Source of the DNA: Toensbergia leucococca
Lineage: Eukaryota
Reading direction: 5' to 3'
NCBI GenBank assembly: GCA_022813965.1
Contig: JALDZS010000007.1
Location: 186,001-250,000 of the forward strand
DNA: 64,000 nucleotides
In this document: positions 52,482-64,000 of the stretch, piece by piece
Layout: each line of letters starts with the position of its first letter
Numbering within the stretch: position 1 is the stretch's first letter
Translations under genes and position numbers: made by a program
Notes under the pieces: model-generated
Databases searched by the model: none
What the model was told of the DNA's origin: nothing
What the model saw: only the letters and a program-made list of their open reading frames with translations

Positions 52482-52843
52482 AAATGGTGGAGAAAATACG
52501 AAAGGGTTAGTAAGGAGGACTATAACTCCACCCAAGGGACAACGATGGCGAAGACTGCAAGCTGGCTGAAGCGCCAGCACCAATTCTACCCACTTCCGCT
52601 CTTCCTGCCATTTGGATTCTCTCGTACCACGCACCAATGCAAGTCTAAAAGTCTTATCGAAGGCACCATTCACAGAGATATTGCCATGAACTGTTTCAAC
52701 CCCCGAGGATTTCATGTTGGAATAGTCTGACTCAAAAGAAGACTGCAGCAATCAGTCACCGTCGACTTTGATTTGCGCACTATCAGCATCTATCAAGATG
52801 ATGACAAGAACTGGAGTGGGAAATTTCCAGGCACAATGAGCTG

Positions 52844-55028
52844 CTATGACCTATATGGTGTCTTCTCGAGCACAGCCAACGCCCGCTCAAACATAGTAGT
52901 CAAGTTGGCAGCATCTTCCAGACCCACGCTAAATCTGACCAAATCGGCTTCAACTCCAAATTGTGCGGCCTAAATGCATCAGCATAACGTTGCACTATGG
53001 CCCTAGTGAGGAACGCACCCATTGAAGTTCCCCGTAGTGGGCTAGCAAGGTGTATGGTGAGCTACATAAAGTTACTGGGATGTACACCGTTTGCACACTA
53101 GGGCAGCCGTACCATAAAGTGAAGTTTGTCCCCAGACTTGGACCTTTTGCAGTCTCTATAGTGTCAAAAAAGGTGACGGCTTCTGCAGTGGTATTGAATG
53201 TCACCGAAAGAAGGCCTCCGTAACCTCCCTTGAGATTGCGGCAGCGGTCGTAGAAATGGCGTGTAGAGCTATATTTCGGGTAATAAACTTCTTTTACTGT
53301 CTTTGCTGTTAGCATTGCTCCGTACTTCCGGCGAGACCTCGACTCACTCGACGGAGAAGCCTTAAGGGACCGACAAATCGCTTCGGCATTAATGTTGATC
53401 CTCTCGACCCTTGACACGAAGTCTCGACTATTCCGTTCCATGAAGATGGCATCTTCGGACCAGTAATTATCCTCATACTGCGCCGTTTGGGCTATTCGTA
53501 AAAGCTCATAGTACTTCCCATTTGGATTGAGTACGGAGCTTACAGTTAATCAGCATGAACTTAGGCGAGGGACAGAGCAGCTCACCTGCCACCCATGACA
53601 TTGCTATCTCCACTAAAAACCTTGGTAAGACTGCTGACAGCCACGTCCGCGTAGGGAAGAATATTTACATTCACAAATGTCCCAATAGTTTCGTCAATAA
53701 CAATTGCGAAGTCGTACCGGTTTGCAAGCGAGCGCAGCCGACGAAGGTCAGGTGACTTCAGTAGAGGATTTCCAGGAAACTCGCAAAACAGAGCAAGGTA
53801 CTTCTCGCCGCTCTTGCACCGCTGCTCGAGATCATCAAGATCAGCTGGGGACCCGTGGCCATAGAACAGACAGCCCGGGCCCCACTTTTCCAAAATCTTA
53901 AGTGTGTCTATGTAAGGAAACCTTGTTGCAGTCAGCTAAGATAACTAATACGGCTTGATTATTATAATACATACCCAAAACAAATGCTTTTTCTTGCTCC
54001 TCTAGCTGCCAGGATTATCCTATGAGTATTGAATATCGAACTCATCCCAGTAGGATAGAGATACACGTCGTCTTCCGAGAATCCACGTACTTGCCTCGCT
54101 CGTCCAGCTTCTCCTGCTTTTTCCAGTAGATCTACATCAACGGTCAAAGAACCAGCAATGCGTCTTCTTATAGCTAGCTTCGCATTCATTGCGAGCGACT
54201 CGTCTAAATTCCGTCCGAAACGTTCCTCAACATACTGAACGTAATCTTTCCTCTCCGGAATCGCTGCATCAGTGGAAACCGGATGTTGATGTCCTTGGTC
54301 TGATGGAGCTTTCGGAACAGCGTCCATAGAATTGCCCCTCTGATATCGTCGAGGGCCCTTGCATGGCCGCTGCAGCTTCTTTAGGGCTACTTCATTACTA
54401 CGTCGAACAACCAACAGGCCATCGTCGAAGGCTTTATGGCAAATCTCGGCGCGTCGGCTGGAGATGCCATCCCCAGAATGCTGCCAGAATGCATTGGCAT
54501 GCTTCCTGTAATTTCGAGACAGTAGTACAGCAGATACACTAGGTATGAGCTTCGTCGCACGCTTGCTTTCAATACTGCCGGACAAGGAGGGGTGTGGATC
54601 TAAGTCGATGATGCGTAAATTTTCACCCTTCACTTGTACAGGCACTTGGTCGTGGATAAACTCGACGCATCTATCTGCAACAGCATGCGAGGGAAAAAGC
54701 ATTGCATGCTGCATAGGAGAGCCATGTTCCTTTACAATAGCCTCGGCGAATGCTGAGATAGTGCCGTGGACGAAGAATCTGCAAAAGCACTGTTGGAAGA
54801 TAATCGACTGGAAGATTTGATAGTGCATACCTAGGATAGCCATGCTTCATCTTACTCAAGACCCACTCCTCTCCCTCCTCGTAACCCACACAGGCTTGCC
54901 ATGTAGGCAATGATACACTCACAGCCTACAGTAGGTATTCAGTCAACAATGTTGAGGGGTTGGTGAGTTATGGTTAGTATACACACGTGTGCGGTATCTG
55001 GCGGTATAGATTGGCCAAGAAGCATCAT
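52844..55028 (-). CDS. STR2: Cystathionine gamma-synthase (PLP-dependent), multi-exon
   Basis: [93 protein letters not shown]. Confidence 0.92.
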
Positions 55029-55304
55029 GGTTGTGCCTGCGAAATATGTCTCGAGCACCCACGGATACTCCAAAGAAAGATTTTCTTGATTCGTGCTTCT
55101 CAGGTGCCGATAACGGACTTCAAAGAAGCTCTTCGGCCCGACCCGCTGTTATCCTAGACTATTCTAGTTAGTGTCATGCAAGCAAGCTTTCTCGGCTCTT
55201 AGAATTACCTTAAAACCTTAGTCATGCAAGTCTCAAAAATTTAATTAAGAGGCCGGAGAATCCAACCAGGTCACTCATCAGGTCCTACTGTGGCTCCACA
55301 CGCC

Positions 55305-58300
55305 ATGAAAAGACAAAAAGTGCATCATGTTCCAGAGCCCGAGCACACTTTGACTCGACATCACCAAGTAAAGCCCAACGGACATGCCTCGACACCTACG
55401 ACATCCAATGCTACCACAAAGACCGGGGATAGATTGGGGCCATCGGTCGATAGTCCTGACATGCTCGCTCTTCAAGTTGAGGAGCTCCTAGCCAAGGTTC
55501 GGCCCAATTATGGCATGCGGATGAGCAAGGTAGAAGATGTGTTGCGGAAGCTCAGACAAATTATAGACGGCATTCCCCATCGAGAAGCAATGAATGTACG
55601 CCTTGATAGTACCCCTGTTGCCTTTGCTCGCTCTAATGTTATAAGACATCAGAAGCAGAACGCAAGCTACAAAAATCTTTAAAAATCGCCGTCCCATTTC
55701 CAGAGCCGAGACCAGGGAACGATACAAAGTATACTCTAGCATATACTAAGCCGGCAGACATCAGTATCATCGGCAGCTACGCCCATAAAACCGCTGTTCA
55801 AATTGATGAGCTGCTTGTAATCGATATAGCAATTACGATGCCATCGGTACCGGATTTCCTTGGCATTATCGCACAGCTGCTGATTGCGTGGTAGGACCTC
55901 TTCCAAGAGAAGGATTACCTTAATCATAGATACTTCCACAAACGAGCTTTCTATCTAGCTTGTATAGCTGTAGGTATTCAAGAATCCAAGGAAAGTAATT
56001 TCGCCATCTTGTTTGCCTATCAAAATTGCAATCCTCTACAACCTATACTATTGATTAACCCAGCTCAAGGTAATACACTGTTAAACTCATTGAATAAGAA
56101 CTGACCCTCTATATACTGATATGTTTACAGATGGTGGTGAGGATGACTTCAGAAAGTCCAAGTGCCAGCTAAGAGTGATCTTTGCCGTTGGGGGAGAGAT
56201 ATTTCCAATTGCAAAAATGATGCCTGACAAAAACTGTATTCGGATCAAAAGACATGACACCCTGTCTCTTGAATCAGCTGCCGCCTCTACACCGTTCTAT
56301 AACTCAACTCTCAGATCCGAGTGCTCGACCCTGTCATACTTGAAATTTATTCATAAAACGGCAATACAATGCGAGGCTTTCAAAGATACTTGTGTCCTTG
56401 GCAGTGTATGGTTACGGCAACGTGGCTTAGGCACCACTTTGACAGACGGGGGCTTTGGCCCATTCGAATGGGCTTCTACGACAGCAATTCTTATTGAGGG
56501 AGGAAAACTCAAAGACAGGCCTACCCTCTCTTCCGGTTATAGTAGCTATCAGCTTTTCCAAGCTACACTACAGTTTCTGTCGACGAGAGATCTGATACAA
56601 TGCCCATTATTCTTTCAATCCAAGGAGCTTCCATCGCTCAGGTGCGGTACGCCACTTATCTACGATGGGCCTCGAGGCCTCAACATTCTATTCAAAATGA
56701 CCTCGTGGTCTTACGAATTGGTAATCTTCAGCCCACGCAAAATCCTTATGCTTAGAGCTGAGTTCTTTTAGTTGAGGCTTGAAGCTCGCGTCAGCTTAAA
56801 GGCTTTGAATGATCCTCTTTCTAATCAATTCGATTTACTATTCATCACGAAAGCTGACAATAGGCTTCAAAGATTCGATAGCCTATTAAGGTAGGTTATG
56901 AATCATGATGTCAGTCTCGATGGGGCTAAACAGCAGAACAGTTTGTCCTTCAATCAGTCTTGGAAACCATCTCCCACGAACTTCCACGGAGCTGGTAGAG
57001 CTATGGAATTTAGCTCCGAGCTTTATCGAACACTGAGCACAGGTCTCGGCGATCGCATCGCATTAGTGTATCCGAAGTACTCAGGGATCAATCCCTGGCC
57101 AATGGCATCGTCTAATCCCTCGTGGAATGGTCAAGAAAGTGTACTGGTAGGATTAGTACATAATCCGGAGCAAATGAGCCGGACTGTAGATCATGGACCT
57201 CCTGCGCAGGACAAGATAGCTGCGGCTGCCTTTCGAAAGTTTTGGGGGGAGAAAGCAGAATTACGACGCTTCAAGGATGGTAGTATTTTGGAGAGTATTG
57301 TGTGGACTAACCAAGGATCGGAAAACAGTATTCTACAGCAGATCATTGCATACGTGACACAGCGACATCTCGGACAAGACATCTCGGATGGAATCAGCTT
57401 TCTTGGAAGTGCTTTTGATCGTATGTTACCCTTTCGGTCCTCGATCAGTTCTATTGCTTTATCCCCGTATCAACCCTTGCTGAGCGCTTTTGAAATACTG
57501 GAAAAGCATATCAGAGGAGCGGAGGGGCTTCCTCTTCAAATTCGACAAGTCTCCATGTCTAGTCCTGATCTCCGCTATGCATCAGTAAGCCCGCCCAATC
57601 CAAGCTCATTTTCCGTTGAAGTTCAGCCAGCGGATATATATATACAATTTGAGGGATCAACTCGTTGGCCCGATGAGCTTTCTGCGGTTCAGAGGACTAA
57701 AATTGCCTTCTTGCTCAAAATGGGCGAGCTTCTGGAAGAGTCAATCACTGGGTTGGAAGCACGATTGGGTTTGGAGCAGGTGCGGTGCAAATATCACAAC
57801 GCTGCTTTTCTTGACGTTGTCTTCCCAACACGGCACGTATTTCGTCTCCGCATCCACCACGATCGTGAGTTAGCCTTGCTAGGACGGGCGCTCAAAGATA
57901 AACAACATGAAGCTAGAGGAAGAGAGGAAATAGCTTTGGCTACTTCAGCATACAAGCGTCATTTCATCCAAGGTCCTTTACACACACAAGCAACGAGAAC
58001 ACTCTGTACGCGTTTTCCTCTACTATCACCCTCCATGCGACTGATGAAGAAGTGGCGCGACTGTCATCTTCTTTCCTCTCATATCAGTGAGGAACTAATC
58101 GAGCTCCTTACCATTCGCACCTTCGTCCATCCTTATCCTTGGCAGTCGCCCGGGAGCGTCATGACTGGCTTCTTAAGAACCTTGGCTTTGATAGCGAGGT
58201 GGGAGTGGCAATCTGAGCCGCTGATTGTTGATTTAAATGGCGATATGAATACAAGTGATATCGAGATGATCACCCTGCGCTTCGAGGCTTGGAGGAAGAT

Positions 58301-58898
58301 TGATCCGGGTCTCCATCGAATGGTATTGTTCGTGGCATCAAATCTGGATCCCAGCGGTATTACTTGGACAGAACGAAAACCGTCCAAGGTGGTTGCTGCA
58401 CGATTCACGAGCCTTGCAAAGGCAGCCTGCACGGTGGTCAAAAACGAGGGGCTGGGCATCGATCCAGCTGCGTTGTTCGCTTCTTCTACTGCGGATTATG
58501 ACTTCGTGATCCGTCTGAAGCCCGAAATTGTGGGCAAGAGCCGGCACCAAGGGAAGAATCTCTTGACCTTCAAAAACCTTCAAGTCCAAGCTATCGAAGA
58601 CGCCGCTTTGGTGGGATTTGACCCCGTGTCTCTTTACCTAGATGAACTCGAGAGTCTCTACGGTACCCACATCATTTTCTTCCATGACGCGCAGACAGAG
58701 TCATTGATTGCAGGACTATGGAAACCCGGAAGTAGCCGAAAGCAGTGGAAGGTGAATATGTCTTATTCGGCTATACCGGTTCCACAGGAACATGAGGCGG
58801 ACGGAGCAGCAAACGTCAATATCAATAAGGCGGCCATACTCAACGATATCGCAAGGCTCGGTGGAAACATGGTGTCAGAGATTAAGGTAAAGGGCTGA
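55305..58898 (+). CDS. UTP22: U3 snoRNP / SSU processome protein Utp22 (Nrap/NOL6)
   Basis: IIGSY, LFQEKDYLNHRYFHKRAFYL, TPFYNS, FRKFWGEKAELRRFKDGSILESIVW, QFEGSTRWPDEL. First ATG is 55305; an in-frame GTG lies at 55290. Confidence 0.94.
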
Positions 58899-59072
58899 TC
58901 CACAAAAGCACAACTTAGCGGTCGACTTAGAAGCCGTAAGGTTGTCGAGAAATGGCCGTGGTCTTTAGTCTAGAGTGTACAGATGCGCCGGTGACCCTGT
59001 TCCTAACCTTTCGCTATGCACGTAACGCAAAAAATCAAAGAAACTGGCGTCGGTTTCCAGCCGTGATCGGTC

Positions 59073-62000
59073 TCATCGATACGTCAGTAGCTTCTGAGCC
59101 GCCTTTCCCGGTACATTCTGCGTGGAGAATGCACAAAACCTATCTCTGATAGCCACGACCTCATATGTACCCTCGTCTGAAAGCCGAATCGTCTTGGAAT
59201 GTCCATCTGAGACGTCGTTCTTGGTCTCTAGAATCTCCGACTTCCTTCCTTTGTGAGCGTTCGTACTTCGTGTGTAGCTGCCGACCAAATTAGCTTGCGT
59301 TCCAATGCTGCGAAATCTTAGCAGCTACGTACGTGAATTCAAAGGGCGGCGTCCCTCCGAATTCGAAAAGTACATCGGCTTTACCACCCTCGTGAATGTC
59401 GACCGTTGCTACTCTACCTTTGCTTATTCGTACGCTTGGCATCTCATGAATTGTCTTTGTAATCTTCACGCGCGCCTTGCATGCATCGGTGCTTTTGTGG
59501 TCGCTAATCGCCATGATTGTAAAATCCCCAGGAAACTCGGCGATTCGTCTAAAGTCAGCCGAGGAGACGGAAGCTTTACGATCCACGCCGCGAAAAGTGT
59601 AGAATACGTCAAAGGGCGGTGTACCTGACAGCGTATACGAGATGCGATCGCCCACGCAATAGTCGGTTTGCGCCTCAACAGGAGAAATACTGGGGTTGTC
59701 AGCGACATCAACTTGTACATGGGAGGCATCGAATTCGCTTTTTCGGAGGCAGCCACGAGCATCCTGCACTTTACGGATGGTGACAGTGTGGACTCCGAGT
59801 GCTAGCATACGGCGAGGAATACGAAGATTATATAGATTCGTCTCAACGTTAGGTACGCTCATAGAATTAGGTTTCGTTGTGCCATGATGCCTGATCTCAA
59901 TGTCCAGATGAAACGGAGCAACTCCGACTAAGGCAATTGGTAATACCTCGGCGCCCATGTCTTCCTCTTTACAGTAGCTATATGTTTTTCCCACTCCCAC
60001 GAAACGAGCCGACGGCCTGGGATATACCCGTTGTTGGACGAGTACTGGGGAGGATTTCCGGCGATCGTGATCATAAAAGTAATCCCCGAGCTCCGAGAAG
60101 CTGTACTCATACAAGCCCGATTGGGACGTCTCCATTTTGAGAGACGCACCACCCAGACCAGCGACGAGCTCTTTGCGACTCATAGACGATGAGCCATGAT
60201 CGGGCTTTAGATGCTGCTCATACTTCACATCGTAGGGAGGTGTACCAGTAAGAGAGATTTCCACTGCATCTTCGTCATCTTCACATACCCCCTTCTTCTC
60301 ATATTTATCTCCTTGGGACTCTACGGTCACGCTTTGAACCACATTAAGAGTGGGCCGTGGGATCCACCGCACCTCAAACTGGTTTGCAGACAACTCGACA
60401 GTGCCCGGACAGATAACGTCCTTCACATTGATGATTTCGTACGTGCCCTGCTCCCCGACTTCTATAAAATCATTGTTGTGATGCAGAACTTGCGTGGATA
60501 TCTTCTCCTTGGCCTTATCGAGATTTCGATATGTAATAGTCCAAGGGGGTTCTCCGATGAGTCTCAAGGGAAGCTTTACCTTCCTGGCTTCCAATGCAAG
60601 TATGTTCCGCTTGCCTTCGAGTTGTCCAAAGGAAGCTTTAGGCCTTTGACGTCGAACTTCAATCTTTAGCTCCTGTTCTAGAAATATTTTGCAGCCAGAT
60701 CTATCGGTGACGCTTGTTAAAGCCAAAGTGTAATCACCGCCGTCTGTCAACTCCTCCGTTACCAAACCGTAGTATTCCTTCTTAATATCATCGACTCTAT
60801 GCTTCCGTCTCGAACCACCATGAACGAGCTCATACTCCAAAGTCCAAGGAGCTTCGCCGGTGAGCTGAATATTAACAGTGACAGGCTCCTCGATGCATGC
60901 CTCACGTTGAGGAGGCCACCAATCCGCGAATCGAGCTGACGCTGGAGGCTTGACATCTTGCTCTAGAATAAGATTGTTATGCTTTAATGATCGGATATCG
61001 TACACTGCATCGCCAATATCGACGAATTCATATATATAATGACCTGCGTCTAAAGGCCTTAGCTCCAGCTGAGTACGAAGACGGTTGATCTTTTCGACTT
61101 TAGGGGTCACATGGCCTCCTTCTCGTCGAATGGAATAGGAGACTCTGAATGGCGGAGTCCCAATCAAATCAAGATCCACCAAGAGTCCAATGGAGTTACC
61201 AGCACATTTATCAGGGATGTTCTCCGCACTAATGGTAAGATCTGGCTCAGGAGGATTAAGAAGCATGAAGGAAGACGGTTCTAAGACTTCGCCTCCGCAG
61301 AATTCTGTCGACACTGAGGACAAGGTATACAGTCCTGGTTCATTGATGTCGAGTTCACGACGATTTTCGATAACGATAGTCTTAACTGTTGCATTGTTGG
61401 CATGCTCTCCACTTGGCAAGACTTGCTTTTGAGGTGTGAAAAGATAAGTAAGCGTGTAAATAGAGCCTTCAATCTCCTTAGGCCCTGTTGAGCTAAATTG
61501 TACCGGAAGCTGTCGTGATTTTCCTTGTGGAGCATTGAGGGGTTTCTGCAAGTCATGGCCATCAAGAGTGACCTTTGGGCGCTCATGTACTAAGAAAGTC
61601 TGCTCTACGGAGCTTTTCCTTGAGGGCCGATATTGACCAAAATCCTCTAAGCCAGGCTTAGAGTAATTCGCAACATTGCCACAAGCATCGTGCACTTCCT
61701 CGATCGAATATTGCCAACCTCCGGAGGTACCAAGGGTCTCGTTCATGGGTATTCTTGTGGACTGAGTACGAGCCCACGATACGTCAATATCAGCTGATGC
61801 GTCAATTGTGACAAGCGCACCTGAAGTCCTTTGTCGAGCTAATGGCGAGTCCAAATCTTCCGATTGTATACTCAGGAAAGCCAGGCCATGATCCTTTCTA
61901 TTAATGGTTTTACTGTATTTGACCTTGAGAGGTGGCGTAGCATCAACTTGAAAGTAAAAATTTGACAATTCCCCCTTACACTTATCCGATGGCACAGGCT

Positions 62001-63059
62001 TCACTAATACGACAGGACACCCAACGACTAAGGTATCTGATAGTCTCCTCTGCACCTCAAGTTTGGACTCATCGATTACTTTTTGAAGACGATATAAGCC
62101 TGTTCTCTTCACTGGAAATTTGAATCGTTGCGAACCAGAAGTATCAACCTTTCCGACATTTTTTTCAGTCTGTCTCTTTAGCTTGCTGATTTCCTTTTTA
62201 GTGATCGTGATAGTTTCATTCGTGTTAGTCTCTAAATCAATTCGAAGTAATTCTATCAATATCGGATTGGTTTGATTGACACGAATAGGGAGGCCGATAG
62301 ACGTCCTGGAGTCACCGATGCAGAAAGAGCTCTGATCAGGGTTGAGCTCGGCAGAGCTATTCACTATTAGTGAATGACGCAAGACTACTGGCTGTTCAGA
62401 AGAGAATAAGCTACCCTTCAGGTAATATGTGTATAATCTGTTTCCCGAGTATTAAGGAAGAATTGTGGAGAATAGACGCCGGTTTCACACGCCTCTCGGA
62501 GACGGAAAGCTCTCGGTCGTACATGGTTTTGGTTAGGGCTATGAGCCAGGATTCTAGAGGGATCTTTTACTATCAGCAAGCGCCCAAGACGATGAATTGA
62601 TGGCTAAGAGCTTACAGGAATGCGAAACATCAACAGGGCGTTCATGAAAGCATGTAATATGAACAGCGCTGTCATGGTCGAAGAGGACCATTCAAGCCAA
62701 GGGATCTTAAGTCCAGGTAATCCGTAGAGGAAAATGCTGTCGATAGCGACCCATTTCATGAACAGCCACAATGAGTCGGTTTCATCAGTGACCAAACTAA
62801 GGTAGTCGCAAAGCCGCCAGACGGTCAAACCTATGTAGAAAAAAGAGACGTACAGTCTCTGAGAGGGGGCATCCACAACAGTAAACGGAATTATAGGTGC
62901 AGGAGCATCATCGCTTGCCTTTGACAATGCCGGCGCGTTTGGTAAAGGCGAGATGCCAACTCGTCTCCCTGAAGCTGAAGCATTTGGGGTTGGTGCATCT
63001 TGACCAGTCCGAGGGGTTGAGGGCCAAGCTCCCGCAGAGCGAAGCCTGGGGGTATTCAT
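59073..63059 (-). CDS. POM152: Nuclear pore membrane protein Pom152
   Basis: [44 protein letters not shown], repeated Ig-like units with G.PPF/PPW motifs, [11 protein letters not shown]. Confidence 0.94.
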
Positions 63060-63458
63060 AGCATAGTCGAGGATACAAGGTCGGAAGCTGGCTGTACGCT
63101 GTGTGTGTGTGGGACAAGTGGGAGTAAATAAAACGAAGAAGTTCGCGTTTAAACGGTGGCTCGCTACGCGCGCTTCAACGATATTCAATTCTAGAATAGA
63201 CGAATTAAATACTTTTTAATTCTATCGTCTACTTTGCCCACCTTAAGCCTACCTTTAGATTCCTCACCTCCCGCCCGCCTGCGATTCTCCATTGCTTTTT
63301 GCATTCGCCGTGCGATACACGCTCTTGCATGTATCCAATCTTGCCACGCTCCGCATAACAACCTGTGACGCATAGTTTTAGTGCTATGGATCTGCACCTC
63401 CATTCATCAGATCGCAACCTCACCCTCAAGCCTCCATTACCATCTACCAGCTAGAGTA

Positions 63459-64000
63459 ATGGCTACGCGTTCGAAGAGAAAGCGTAGAGATGCTTCCACC
63501 GATAATGCAACGCCTGCTGTGCGCCCCAAAGCTTTCCATCGCCACACTTACGATCCGGCTTCAGATGAGGACAAGCGCAAATGGAAAGGCTTTGCCGAAA
63601 TCGAATCAGAGCCAGTACGTGCCCTTCTAATTCTCAGCATACGCTCTCCGGGTGTAGCACTAATTACATCAAGGCCTTTTTCACTGATATGCTTAAGAAA
63701 TTCGGTGTGAAAGAAGTCAAAGTACAAGAGGTTGTATCTCTAGATGATGAGTTATTAGCATATCTTCCGTGAGCAAATTATGCCACCCGACATTAGATGC
63801 AAGGCCTTCGCCGACTGATGCCAAAGTCCAGGCGACCTGTCTATGGACTCATCTTTTTGTTCAAATGGAAGGAAGAAGACTCAGACAAAATGGAGCAAAG
63901 CTGCCCTGACGGTGTCTGGTTTGCTAATCAGGTTGGTGGCCTCTAGATTATTCGCCGAAAGAATCGTCGTACTGATCGTATCATAGACAGTCAACAATGC
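63459..64000 (+). CDS. Ubiquitin C-terminal hydrolase (peptidase C12, UCH37-like), 5' part, runs off the window
   Basis: FAEIESEP|AFFTDMLKKFGVKEVKVQEVVSLD...P|RPVYGLIFLFKW...WFANQ|TVNNA leading to the catalytic Cys. Confidence 0.9.

Overview
Gene-dense, intron-rich nuclear DNA from a filamentous ascomycete (Pezizomycotina inferred from intron style and gene content; species cannot be determined). About 26 mostly housekeeping genes were reconstructed by hand through their splice sites: mitochondrial ACP, complex I NDUFS8 and NDUFA11, UBP2, tubulin cofactor C, RBA50, HPC2-like, ubiquitin-S27a, GH18 chitinase, a J-domain protein, an Ace2/Swi5-like factor, AUR1, a Whi5-like protein, a jacalin-metallopeptidase, RRP14, PIMT, CTP1, DHH1, SMC6, cystathionine gamma-synthase, UTP22, POM152, a truncated UCH gene and three uncharacterised genes. 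I found no transposon, rRNA, tRNA, CRISPR array or secondary-metabolite cluster, and no clearly novel multi-gene system. The best leads are: an uncharacterised gene with a BC-box/cullin-box + LRR layout, a disrupted GGCT/AIG2-like pseudogene missed by the ORF track, a recurring upstream 9-mer AATTACCTT, three GC-AG introns plus frequent AAG acceptors, a head-to-head complex I gene pair, and a (GT)n/G-run island. Gene identities come from recalled family motifs, not database searches.
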